From assembly GCA_030390025.1 (NCBI GenBank), contig CM059432.1, positions 80,478,001 to 80,542,000 on the forward strand: DNA of 64,000 bases, read 5' to 3'. The notes beneath the pieces are model-generated. The model had not been told where the DNA came from. It saw only the letters and a list, made by a program, of their open reading frames with translations, and searched no databases. A program made the translations under genes and the position numbers. Source of the stretch: Squalus acanthias. Its lineage: Eukaryota. Below, in pieces: positions 47,216 to 60,022 of this stretch. The stretch's first letter is position 1. Each line of letters starts with the position of its first letter.

Positions 47216-49729
47216 TTAGCTGTTTGGAGACCTGATTACAAACTGAGTACCGTTACCCTCTTAGAGAACAGGTCAATAAAATGGAATTATTAAAGTAATT
47301 ATTGAGAATAAAATGGGATGTATTACAGATTTTTAGATGGTACAATAAATGACTAATTAGGGATTTTGGCTGTGGCGTGTAAGGATGAGATTTCCTTTGG
47401 TCGCTATGTGTATATCATAAATGCTTTCGTGCAGGTTTATTTGTTTAAACATTTTAGCAAAATTGTGTACGCATTCTAAAAGAAAGTATATAAACATGCT
47501 TACAATGTTGCTGTTTATACTGACCAAAAAATTCTTGTGTAGTAATAGTATAAATATCCTGGCAATCTAAAAAATAAATTGTGGAATCAACAGCTTTAAG
47601 CAGCAGAATTAAAGATTCTTGAATGTGGTAAAACTCTCCCTTTATCATTTCAACCTCTTTGGTTCCAAGTAGTAATCAAAAACAACAGCAATAATTCTGC
47701 ATCTTTTGGTTAAAAGTCAGTGAATCATACACTTATACATTGCACATAACCCCTATGGTTTCTGCGTTATTCGGATGAATTCCAAGAATTTTAAATTTGC
47801 TGGGGTCATGTCCCACAGGAGTATACTATTATGGAAATTTTGGATGCTCACAAGCTGTCCCAGATTTTTCAAGCTAGGTATTCTAAAGTAGATTTTGCAA
47901 TTTAATTACATTCATTGTAGACATCTTCATTATAAGTTTGATATAGGCTTTATCTTCTGAATTTTTTGTGAACCTAAATTATGGAACTAGATAACCTAAA
48001 TACAGAATTAATAATCTTCAAACAAAATTAGTGATCACATCTGTTTTCCTCACTGAGTACTATATATAATGGAGTCACCACAACTGACTGCTGGTCAGTT
48101 AGTACCTTTAAAAATAAACTGAATGAATCTCTAATTTAGAATCTGATTGAGGTTATAAGGTTAACTATAGACCTGGATGACCAAATGCTGTCTGTGAAGA
48201 CTCTGCTGCTAGAAGAATAAAAATGTCATCAGTGAAATGCAACTTGGTCAGAGTTGAAGAATTTAATGATTGTCTGATATCCTGGAGATTCACTCAATTA
48301 TTTTTAGGAATCAGGGAGAACTTCACAGAGCTCTATCTGTGGTTAGACACCTTCCTGACATAACCAATCAAGTAGAATCCACAATGGTGCTTATTATACA
48401 CGGTCTGTTGGAAAGCACAGGCTCAATACACAATTCCTCTCCCAAGTCATATACCATCCTGACTTGGACATACATCACCGTTCATTCATTGTCTCTGGGA
48501 GTACCTTTGCCAGACGGACTGCAGTGGTTCAAGCAGAAGGCTCACCTTCTCAAGGGCAACTAGGGATGGGCAATAAATGCTGGCCTTGCCAGCGACACTC
48601 ACATCCAGAGAATTAACTAATAAATAGGACAAATTAGCTTTTGATGTTCCTTGCTTTCTTCTGTAGCCTTATGTAGCCTTTAGGAAAAAATAGTCTAATG
48701 CTAATTAGCTGGAGAGAAAAATGTCCATGGTGTGAGTTTATTGGTGATAAAATTACTGTACTTGTGGAAATTAGACCATTGGGAAATGAACAAGTTTCCA
48801 TGCTGCAGAAAGCTTGAAGTTTTGGGGAAAATGTTACATTTTAATCAGGCAGTGTGGCATTTCCAAGGTTTTTGATGAATTGCAAATTGAATAGAGCAGT
48901 ATTGATATGATAAGTGGTACATGTTCAAACAGGTAGGATAGAAACAATTACAATGGTTAATAATAGCCAACTGTCCACTTTTGGAGTGGACAATACACTT
49001 TCCTGGCTGCCGTTTGCGCTGTTCGCACTAGCACTGCAAAATCCACTTATATGGAGCTAGTTTTAGTCACCTTATGATGCTTCATGGCTCAGCTCATCTG
49101 CGCGTGTGTTGAAACCTTGTGGGTGCGCAGAAGACGTTGGCCGTGATGAATTGTGAGGCGAGAACAGCTGTTTTCAGGCTCTCTAACAGTACTGGGAAGG
49201 TTTAATAGTTATGTCCTACAATATTTTGTGGCAATTGTTGAAGGAAAAGTTGAAGCACTTTAAATATATACTGCGTGGGCCAAAGCACTATCCAAATTCA
49301 TCCATAACAGACCCTCGATCGGACTCATGCCAACTCTAAGCTGGTGAACAACCCATTGGGCTTAAGGGGTATAATGGGCAGAATTCTGGAGTAGCCCGAG
49401 AACTCTCCCAGCTATGCCCAAAAGTAGTCCTAGGATGTAAAAGGCGCAGGTCGAAGCATCACCTGTCTCCTCCCACAATTTGAATTTGGGCTGCAATTAG
49501 ATGGAACTGTCACACCTCAAATCCCCTGCCCCTGGTGGGCGATCCACCCACTTTACACCCTTCCCAGTCCCCTGCATTTCGGGCCCTATGAAACCAAAAT
49601 CTTTAAGAAGTCTTTCTGTCTGGTATTAACATTTCCAGTAAAGGAATATCCAGGCTTAATGCATCTTACACTGGCATCACTTACAGAAGACCCACGAGAG
49701 TCCAAGATTTGTATCTATTATTCAACATC

Positions 49730-50622
49730 TAGACTACAGCCTTTGACACGGTTGACCACTTCATCCTCCTCCAACGCCTCTCCACTGTCGTCCAACTGGG
49801 TGGGACTGCACCTTTGACACGGTTGACCACAAACTTCGGTTCCCTAGCCACCGACTCCATCCCTCTCCCTAGCATCTGTCTGATGCTGAACCAGACTGTT
49901 CGCAACCTTGGTGTCATATTTGACCCTGAAATGAACTTCTGACCACATATCTGCGCCAGAACTAAGACCGCCTATTTCCACCTCTGTAACATCGCTTGAC
50001 TCTGCCCCGCCTCAGCTCATCTGCTGTTGAAACCCTCATCCATGCCTTTGTTACCTCTAGACTTGACTATTCCAATGCACTTCTGGCTGGCCTCCCACGT
50101 TCTACCCTACGTAAACTTGAGGTCATCCAAAACTCTGCTGCCTGTGTCCTAACTTGCACCAAGTCCCGTTCACCCATCACCCCTGTGCTCGCTGACCTAC
50201 ATTGGCTCCCGGTTAAGCAACGCCTCGATTTTAAAATTCTCATCCTTGTTTTCAAATCCCTCCTTGGCCTCGTCCCTCCCTATTTCTGCAATCTCCTCTA
50301 GCTGCACAACCGTCCGAGATATTTGCGCTCCTCTAATTCTGCCCTCTTGAGCATCCCTGATTTTAATCGCTCCACCATTGGTGGCCCTGCCTTCTGTTGC
50401 CTAGGCCCTAAGCTCTGGAATTCCCTGCCTAAACCTCTCCGCCTCTCTTTCCTCCTTTAAGATGCTCCTTATAACCTACCTCTTTGACCAAGCTTTTGGT
50501 CATCTGCCCTAATTTCTCCTTATGTGGCTCGGTGTCAAATTTTGTTTTATAATGCTTCTGTGAAGTGCCTTGGGACGTTTTACTACATTAAAGGCGCTAT
50601 ATAAATACAAGGTGTTGTTGTT
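49730..50622 (+). mobile_element. L2 LINE 3' end
   Basis: ETLIHAFVTSRLDYSNALLAGLP...ITPVLADLHWLPV and tail aaaggcgctatataaatacaag(tgt)n. Confidence 0.9.
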
Positions 50623-50691
50623 ACAGTTGTAATACAGATTAGTCGATTTGCCGTGGTATTGCACACCAGCATTCAAGACCAAGGGCATTTT

Positions 50692-51170
50692 TCAGAAGGG
50701 AAGGGGGGAAGAGAAGAAGAGAGGGGGAAATGAGAGGGTCAATGGAGGGGATATGATGAGGATGAGGAGAGGGGGAAGTTGGCGTGGTAAAGAGGGGGAG
50801 AGGAGCGGAGGGTAGAGGGAGAGAGAAGGGAGAGGATGAGAACTAATAGGGAGACTGGGATGGGTGAGGTGGAGACGAGATGAAGGGGAGAGGAGGGGAG
50901 GCGTGGGGGAGAGGAGGGGAGGGGAAGTGGAGAGACGGAGAGCTGAGGAAGGGAAGAGTGGGAGAAGAGAGGAGGGGAGGGAGAGAGGAGCAGATGGGGA
51001 GGGGAAGGGAAGGAGGTGAGGCAAGCGAGAAAAGGAGAGAAGGTGGATCGACAGGAGGAGAGAGGTAGTGGACAGGGGGAGTGGAGTGTGTGGGCATGGG
51101 TCAGAGAAGAGGAGGAGAAGGGAGAGAGAGAAAGAAGGTGGAATCGAGGGAAGGAGTGAGAGTTGTAACA
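50692..51170. repeat. GA-rich polypurine low-complexity tract
   Basis: Strongly G/A-biased + strand for about 480 bp. Confidence 0.85.
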
Positions 51171-51415
51171 GTTTATGCAAGTGTGAAATTAAAGGGCAAG
51201 ACTTGTTAGAAGATAAAGGAATTTTAGGAAGTACTTAGAATGCATGGTACAGAAGAGTAATCAGAGCATCAGAGCGAAAAGCCACAATAACACAATCCAT
51301 GAAGTCAGAGAAGAATAAGCAATAGGAAGGTAATAAACACACTGCCAATTAGAGTCTCTAAATGACTTGTGATTTGTTTCTAGCAGAAAGAATAATGTTG
51401 TCTTTTGTTTGACAG

Positions 51416-51465
51416 GGTGTGAGGCTTTACTACCGACTTCATAGTCTCTTTACTCCTGTGATAAA
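51416..51465 (+). CDS. PREX2: PREX2 internal exon (DEP2 start), 50 bp
   Basis: ttgacAG ... GTaagt. Encodes GVRLYYRLHSLFTPVI(K/N), in frame with the previous exon. Confidence 0.93.
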
Positions 51466-52652
51466 GTAAGTAAAAGAAAGTATTACATCAATTTATAGTG
51501 TCAGTTTGAACAGGGTGCTAATCAAACCTGCCGTATCCAGTGAGCTGGTATATAAGAGACATTTCACTGGTTTACTGTCTTCTTCAGAGCTCGTCCCATA
51601 AATAATTTCATTTCTTCAATCATTTGATTTAATGATTAACATGAAAAGGAAGTTTGAATTCTAGTACAGGTTAGCGGTTTAGTCCAAAAACCATTGAACT
51701 TCTTCACATACATTTAACCAGGGACCCTAGAATTCGGTGAATCTCAAGGCTAAATTTTGCAGCAAAAGAATACAAGTCTGTCCAAGGTTTGGGATATCTC
51801 AATCTCAATATAATAAATATTTTTAACTACCCCCAGTATAAGAAATATGACAAATATTTTTTTAAACCGTAAGAACAGTGCTGAGCTGGTAATCTTTGAT
51901 TAGAAAATTGGACATATTAAACTATTTACTTTGCTTTGGACACCTGTCCTGAAGTCTTCCCCTGTGCTGCTCATCTATTCACAGTAACAGATGTGGTTCA
52001 GTGTCGTGTTGTCTCACCTGGCTGGGTGAAAGACAGGTGAGACAGGTTTATGGTCATGAGCTCAAATCCGACCATGGTTATTGGGAAAGTGAACTCAATC
52101 AATCTGGTAATTTATGGGCTAGCACCAGGTATTTGTTCTCCATAGCTACTGGATTGTCAAAAACCTAACTGGTTTAATAATGAAGGGAACTTGTCACCAA
52201 CACCTGGCCTACATGTGATGTAAACGTGGTTGACTCTTAATGCCCTCTGACAAGGCCTAGCAAACCACATAGTTGTAAGAAAACTGCAACAAAACAGAAT
52301 TACAAGAGAAATGTTGGACGGTCCTATGTAACGCCATTGTGGGAGCACTGGCCTAGAAATTGGATATTGCCCAAAAACGGGCGGTGTCACGGGCCAGCGC
52401 TATTTGCCTGTGTCCGTTCAAAGTGGTGCAGGCAGCATGCAAAATTCGTGCTGCCTGCTCATTATAATGATTGGAGCGCTGATCTCAGCGCGAAACATGC
52501 TGCTAATTGGCTCAGCGTACAACGAGGGGTGGGGGGACGGCCAATAGCGGGTGCAGGCTAATGGCCAATAATGTTTGGCCTAGGCTCTTTGCACTATTTA
52601 AAGGGGAGGTGCTTTGTTTCAGAAGCACCTCATTGTCATTGTAGAGCAAGCA

Positions 52653-54554
52653 ATGGCAAAGCAACCAAGGAAGTGAGCAAGAAGGTTTTCAAATGCTGCA
52701 CCTGGAGGCCTTGATCCTGGCTGGGCAACGAAGGCAGGCTGTCCTGTAGCCGCAGGGTGGAAGGAGGCCATTCAAAGCCATATGCTGAAGGCTTTGGGAG
52801 GTGATAGCTGACTCCGTCATGGCCCCCAGTGTGGTCCCAAGGACCTGGATCCAGTGCCGGAAAAAGGTTTAATGATCTCACACGGCAGGTCAAGGTGAGT
52901 GAAGGTTTCAGCAAATGCCATATCCCACCATCTGCACAACAAGCCTCACACACTGCTCAATACACCACACCCCCATCACTCACCTACCAACAATCTCTAG
53001 CTATCACCACTCATACCTCACAATCATGGCTTCACTTCACCTTCACAACTTTACCACTGCTGCAACACTCACACCTACATCTCACACCTTGCACACACTG
53101 ACAGCTATTCAACTATGGCAGGCACATCACCCAAACACATTGCGCTACACTCACTGACACACTTCCCCTTCTCTTGCAGGCAAAGGTGGCACATAACAGG
53201 AGGGAGCAACGGCAGAGGGGAGGCGGCCAAGCCTCAATACAGAACCTCACTGACCTGGAGGAATCAGTGCTTGAAATTATTGGAGGGGCAGTGACTGAGT
53301 CCGTGGCCAGCGGAGAAGTTGAAGCTGTTGCTGATGATGTTGGTATAGTCATACTTAATCCTTCTTCTCACATCCCACTTCCCCCTCATCCCACAATCTC
53401 TTCTCGCGTACAAGCTACTGATGGTGTATGCATTGATCTCTTTCTTTCCCCCCCTTCCCCTCAGCACAACTCGACCCTTATGCCTTTCTGCTTTCAGATA
53501 CCCAAGAACTGCCAGCAGGCCAGCCTATCCCTCATGGTGACCAAACTGAAGGAGACAACGAACAAGAAGAAGAGACACTGGCACTGCACTTGTCACTCGC
53601 AGACACCAGCTCAGAAAATGGCACTACTTAGGGTAGTAAAGAGGCGGGACCTGCACATGGTGAGGCACCGGGCACGAGTGGGCTGCAGCAAGGCCAGGGC
53701 TAAATGGTAGCTCAGGTGCCAGCTCCCCAGAGGGCGAGTTCTACTGCACACGACTCAGATGATGACCTCGATGGGGCGGCCTTCAGAAGGAGGGTGATGG
53801 CCATGCACACGGAAATGCTAGGTGCAATGGCAAGCCTGCCAGAGGGCCTCTTGTCAGTGTCAAGGAGCATGGAGAACTCCTGCTCCAACATTGGACGGGG
53901 CTTCGCGCAGAGCTTGGAGTCCATGATTTCCAGGATGGAAATGATGGACAACTCCAGGAGAGATCTTGTGGACCCAGCCATGATGCTGTGTGTGATGGGC
54001 GATGTTGCAGATTCCATTGCAGCACAGGCGGAAGTGACCCAACATCTCAGTGCTGCACAGACTGCTCTCCTGCAGACTCAACTTGCTGGCACGCAAACTC
54101 ATACTGCTGCCATTGTCGCTGGGTTTACGAGTGTTGAAAGGGTGTCACAGCAGGCCAGCAATCTGTCCTACAACAGATTGCTAGGAATGCTGAGGCGACG
54201 CCTCTTCGGGGGATTGGCAGTGGGTCTGTGGAGCAAGAACCTGCTGCCCTCTCTCAGGATGACAGTATTCCTGTTCCCACCGCTGCCACTCCGCCATTGC
54301 CCTTGCCACTGCCTGTTAGCTAGTCAGCCCAGACTGCTGCTGCCCCTGCCAAGGTGGTGCAGCCTATAGCCGGGCCTTCTAGGTTCAGAGCTGGTCGAGG
54401 TCATCTTGGAAGGCCATCTGTAGTCTCCTCCACTGAACGTCAGCAGCCTTCCACCAGCCATGCTGCAGCCACTGGGGGAGCACTGTGTAGGAGCACTAGA
54501 GTAGGTAAAGGCACACGAATGACAGACACTAAGGGAATGCACAAGGGTGATTAG
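52653..54554 (+). pseudogene. Harbinger Myb/SANT-like DNA-binding protein gene, 3 exons (52653-52894, 53180-53342, 53498-about 54554)
   Basis: TATTTAAA at 52595. Exon 1 RRFS...LWEVIADSV...RTWIQCRKRFNDL (Myb_DNA-bind_5-like); exon 2 AKVAHNRREQRQRGGG. GT-AG introns; stops and frameshifts present. Confidence 0.82.
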
Positions 54555-54708
54555 TTGATATTGTAATTTTGTTTGCATTCGGATAAATTTATGATTTTTG
54601 TTTGGAATGTGTGTTTTGTGGTGGCTCTTACTTCAGCTTTGTGCCCAGGAGGATGCTGTGATGTTCCGTGACAGAGGGATGGTATGATGTGGAAGTGGTG
54701 AGCAACGA

Positions 54709-57700
54709 TTAAAAAGCAGGACCTCAAAGGTTGTAATCTCTGGATTACTCCCGGCACCACGTAATAGTGAGTATAGGAATAGGAGGATAGAGCAGATGAA
54801 TGCGTGGCTAAAGAGTTGGTGCAGGAGGGAGGGCTTTAGTTTCTTGGATCACTGGGTCTGCTTCTGGGGAAGGTGGGACCTGTACAAGTCGGACAGGTTG
54901 CACCTGAACCGGAATGGGACCAACATCCTTGCGGGGAGGTTTGCTAGTACTGTTGGGGGGGTTTAAACTAACTTGGCAGGGGGATGGGATACGGAGTGGA
55001 GCTATAGTAGGGGGTGATGCACAGCCAAATATAGAGGAAAAAACAAGTCAGCCTGGAAGGCAGAGCAAATATGTAAAGGCACAAGGGAGCATGGCAAGGC
55101 TGGATGGCATTTATTTTAATGCAAGGAGTCTTGCGAGTAAGGCAGATGAATTGAAGGTGTTGATGTACACATAGGAGTATGATATTGTTGCTATCACAGA
55201 GACATGGTTGAGGGAGGTGCAGGACTGGCAACTCAATATTCCGGGGTATAGAATCTTCAGGCGAGACAGAGGGGGGTGTAAAAGAGGAGGGGGTGTCGCA
55301 ATATTCATCAAGGAGTCAATTACTGCTGTAAGGAGGGATGATATCTTAGCAGGTTCCTCTAATGAGGCCATATGGGTAGAACTTAAAAACAAAAAGGAGT
55401 CAGGCACTTTGCTGGGAGTGTACTATAGGCCCCCAAACAGTCAGGAGGAGATAGAGGAACAGATATGTAGGCAAATCTCAGAGAAGTGTAGAAATAATAG
55501 GGTAATAATAGTAGGGGATTTCAACTTCCCCAATATTAACTGGGATAGTCAGAGTGTGAAAGGCTTAGAGGGTGCGGAATTCTTAAAGTGCATCCAGGAG
55601 AGCTTTTTGAGCCAGCATGTAGAAAGTCCTACAAGAGAGGGGGCGGTACTGGACCTAATTCTAGGGAATGTAGCCAGGCAAGTGGTAGAAGTGTCAGTAG
55701 GAGAGCATTTTGGTGACAGTGACCATAATTCGGTGAGATTTAAGGTAGTCATGGAAAAGGACAAAGATGGACCGGAAATAAATGTTCTAAATTGGGGGAA
55801 GGCCGATTTTAATATGATAAGGCAGGATCTGACCAAAGTGGACTGGGATCAGCTACTTGTAGGAAAATCCACATCAGAGCAGTGGGAGTCTTTCAGAAAG
55901 GAAATAGAGAGAGTACAACGCCAACATGTTCCCGTAAAGGTCAAGGGTGGGACCAACAAGCCCAGGGAACCCTGGATGTCGAGGGATATACAAGAATGGA
56001 TTATGAAAAAAAGGGAGGCTTTTGGCAGATACAAAGGACTAAAAACAGTGGAAGCCCTAGAGGAGTATAGAAAGTGCAGGGGGGTACTTAAAAAAGAAAT
56101 TAGGAGAGCGAAGAAGGGGCATGAAAAAACATTGGCGGGCAAAATAAAGGAAAATCCCAAGGTGTTTTATAAGTATATTAAGGGCAAGAGGATAACCAGG
56201 GAAAGAGTAGGGCCCATTAGGGACCAAAGTGGCAATCTGTGTGTAGAGCCAGAAGATGTAGGTGAGGTTTTAAATTAATATTTTGCATCTGTGTTCACTA
56301 TGCAGAAGGGCGATGTAGGCATAGAAATCAGGCAGGGGGATTGTGATATACTTGAACAAATTAGTATTGAGAGGGAGGAGGTACTAACGGTTTTAGCGGG
56401 CTTAAAAGTGGATAAATCCCCAGACCCTGATGAGATGTATCCCAGGCTGCTGTGTGAGGCAAGGGAGGTGATTGCAGGGGCTCTGACACAAATTTTCAGA
56501 ACCTCTCTGGCCACAGGGGAGGTGCCAGAGGACTGGAGAACAGCTAACGTAGTACCATTATTCAAGAAGGGTAGTAGGGATAAACCAGGGAATTACAGGC
56601 CAGTGAGCCTAACATTAGTGGTAGGGAAATTATTGGAAAAAATTCTGAGGGACAGAATTAGTCTCCACTTGGAGAGGCAAGGATTAATCAAGGATAGTCA
56701 GCATGGCTTTGTCAGGGGGAGATCATGTCTAACCAATTTGATTGAATTTTTCGAGGGGGTGGCTAGGTGTGTGGATGAGGGTAGCGCAGTTGATGTAGTC
56801 TACATGGACTTCAGTAAGGCTTATGACAAAGTCCCACATGGGAGACTGGTCAAGAAGGTAAGAGCCCATGGGTTCCAGGGCAATTTGGCACATTGGATCC
56901 AAAATTGGCTTAGTGGCAGGAGGCAGAGGGTAATGGTCGAAGGTTGTTTTTGTGACTGGAAGCCTGTGTCCAGTGGTGTACCGCAGGGATCGGTGCTGGG
57001 TCCTTTGCTGTTTGTAGTGTACATTAAAGATTTAGATATGAATGTAGGAGGTATGATCAGTAAGTTCGCAGATGACACGAAAATTGGTGGAGTGGTAAAT
57101 AGCGAGGAGGGAAGCCTTAGGCTACAGGACGATATAGACGGGTTGGTTAGATGGGCAGAACAGTGGCAAATGGAATTTAACCCTGAAAAGTGTGAGGTGA
57201 TGCATTTTGGGAGGACTAACAAGGCAAGGGAATACACAATGAATGGTAGGACACTAGGACGGACAGAGGATCAGAGGGACCTTGGTGTGCATGTACATAG
57301 ATCCCTGAAGGCAGCAGGACAAGTAGATAAGGTGGTTGAAAAGGCATATGGGATACTTGCCTTCATTAGCCGAGGCATAGAATATAAGAGCAGGGAGGTT
57401 ATGATGGAGCTGTACAAAACGCTAGTTAGGCCACAGCTGGAATACTGTGTGCAGTTCTGGTCACCACACTAAAGGAAGGATGTGATTGCATTGGAGAGGG
57501 TGCAGAGGAGATTCACCAGGATGTTACCTGGGCTGGAGCGTTTCAGCTATGAAGAGAGACTGGACAGGCTGGGGTTATTTTCCTTAGAGCAGAGGAGGCT
57601 GAGGGGGGACCTGATTGAGGTGTACAAAATTATGAGGGGCATAGATAGGGTGGATAGAAAGGAACTTTTCCCCTTAGTAGAGGGGTCAATAACCAGGGAG

Positions 57701-58867
57701 CATAGTTTCAAGGTAAGGGGCAGGAGGTTTAGAGGGAACTTGAGGAAAAACTTTTTCACCTGGAGGGTGGTTGGAATCTGGAACTCACTGCCTGAAAGGT
57801 TGGTAGAGGCAGGAACCCTCACAACATTCAAGAAGCATTTAGATGAGCACTTAAAACGCCAAGCATACAAGGCTACAGACCAAGTGCTGGAAAATGGGAT
57901 TAGAATAGACAGGGCTTGATGGCCGGTGTGGACACGATGAGCCGAAGGGTTTCTTTCTGTGCTGTATAACTCTATGGGGGAGAAATTTAGTATCGCCCCA
58001 TTTGGGGCGCAATTATCGGCCGGGCGCAAAGATTAGCGCCTGGCGCTAATTATCACCACCGACTGCAAACTTGACTTTTATCGCCCCTGGAGGTGATTGG
58101 AGCGCTAAACCAGGCGCTTCACACCTGTCTTAAGGCGCAAAGTCCGAGGAGCGAGGCGCTACCTCAGAGCGCTGGCGAAGCTCATGTGATGTCAGTCAGC
58201 AATGGAACACACAGACAATGGCACCGGCCAGTTCTTAAATGGGCGGGTTGATCTTGCTTTCCATCCACATCCTGCTCATTGCAGCCTTGAATCTCGGCCT
58301 AGAGAGACCTGCACATCAAATCTGCTGGAAAGAACAATGGAGAGTACCAGGGAAAGAGCTCAGAGTGCAGCCCCCACAGTCTCTTCTAAATCGATACAAG
58401 GAATGGCAAATCAAAATGAACCTGCAAAGTGCTGCTCAGTACCCAAAACTCCTTCACACAGCGTTGAATCTCTCCAGAAGTCTCTCTCTCTCTCTCTGTC
58501 TCAGAATGCATGGTTCAAAAATGTCACCAACAATAAAAGGCAGGAAGCGGTCGCCTTTAAATAGCGCTCCCCCAGTCCCTTCCTGATTGCAAAACGCTCC
58601 CCTCAACCTGTCGTTGCTAGCGGCAGGCGGTAAGGCAGGGGGCGCCACTCAATATCCGCTCCGGGGCGATACCGGGGCGTTGCGCACTCGACTGACGTCA
58701 CGATCTGCCGGCACAGGAGATCGTGGCGGTAGTGTTTAGCGACGCCGCAAAATGTCTAGTTAATTTCGCGAGCGGCGCAAACATCGCCGCACCCGGGCGC
58801 TAGATACTTTGCGCCCCATTAGCGCCCTCTTAAGGCTAACCAACTGAATTTTTCCCCCTATGACTCT
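54709..58867 (+). mobile_element. 5'-truncated CR1 LINE of the same family as 3028-7573, inserted between the Harbinger genes
   Basis: ORF1 3' part plus ORF2 with a few stops (ORFs 55208, 56291, 57482). Possible TSD AACGA (54704-54708, 58868-58872). Tail split by MITE C. Confidence 0.95.
57976..58858 (-). mobile_element. Family C Harbinger MITE in the CR1 tail
   Basis: gggggagaaatt ... aatttttccccc, TSD TAT. Inverted copy of 1669-2566. Confidence 0.88.
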
Positions 58868-58884
58868 AACGAGGATCTGGGGTT

Positions 58885-60022
58885 TCAGTCACTGGAACTG
58901 GAGTCTGATGAGGCATTCACGGACAGCCTGTTCGGAATTGGGATCTGCTGCCTGCCCCTCCCTCCCTCCTTTTCCTCTTCCTCTTTGTCCTCTTCCTCTT
59001 TCTTCTCCTCCTCCTCCTCCTCCTCCTGAGGTGGTCCCGCAGTCCCTGGTGGCAAGGGCTGCACCCTCATGATGGCCAAGTTGTGGAGCACCCAGTAGAC
59101 CACCACGAAATGGGACACCCGCTCCGGCGAGTCCTGGAGGGCTCCTCTTGAGCAATCAAGGCAGCGGAACCGTTGCTTGAGCACCCCGATGGTCTGCACG
59201 ATGGTGTTCCGGGTGGCAGCATGGATGTCATTATGTGAGTGCTGGGCACGAATGGTGGGGTTATGGAGGGGAGTCATCAGCCAGGTGCAGGGCTTCCGAG
59301 CAGCCACCCTTGAATTTGATGTGGTGGCTCGAAGATTGCTGGCACAGCGGACTGGCGCAGGATGAAGGCATCCTGACTGCTTCCAGAATAGCGGGCATTC
59401 ACCATCAGGATGCGCTGGGCGTGGTCGCACAACAACTGCACATAAGTGAGTGGTAGCCTTTGTGGTTACGGAACATCTCAGGATTGGTACACGACGCCCG
59501 CAAAGCCACGTGGGTGCAGTCGATTGCACCCTGCACCATGGGGAAGCCTGCTATCCTGGGAAAGCCACATGCGCGCTTGTCATGCTTCTTTCTGTTCAGA
59601 GAGAAGACAATGAAGCCCCTTCTCCTGGAGTAGAGCACCTCTGTGAACTCCCAAATGCAACGATGGACGGCGAACTGGAAGATGTTAGCTATGTCTCCTG
59701 CTGCAGACTGGAAAGCTCCACTGGCGAAAAAATTGAGGGCCACGGTGACCTTGACTGCTACTGGGAGAGCTGTAGTCACCCTGCTCTGAGGCAGGTCTGG
59801 TTGCAGGAGGTGGCAGATCTGTGACCATCTCCATGGTGAAGTGGAGCCTCCTAATACACTGCTCTTCGCTTAAGTGGAGGTAAGAGAAGTGCTCTCGGAA
59901 GACCCTAGATGGGTAAGGCCTCCTGATGAGAGCCCTTCTGGCCCTCCTCCTCTTCTTCACTGCCTCTGTTCCCTCTCCCGAAGATACTCGACTGCAAGGG
60001 CGACTGCAAGTAGAGTGCCCAT
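58885..60022 (-). pseudogene. Harbinger (HARBI1-like, DDE_Tnp_4) transposase, frameshifted
   Basis: ALNFFASGAFQ, GFPMVQGAIDCTHV, NHKGYHSL, WLMTP, IGVLKQRFRCLD, VLHNLA, then an acidic tail. Confidence 0.92.

Noticed and set aside
41877..49590. Further short MITE-like segments (about 41877-42345, 44175-44302, 49376-49586)
   Set aside because: TIR-like ends are visible, but boundaries and TSDs could not be fixed.
50692..51180. Pro/Ser/Leu-rich ORFs
   Set aside because: Translation of low-complexity sequence.
51381..51415. Alternative TAGCAG acceptors upstream of the 50-bp exon
   Set aside because: They would add 32 or 29 nt and shift the frame; no supporting evidence.
58885..60022. Host HARBI1 gene
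   Set aside because: Frameshifted and located inside TIRs with a TSD.
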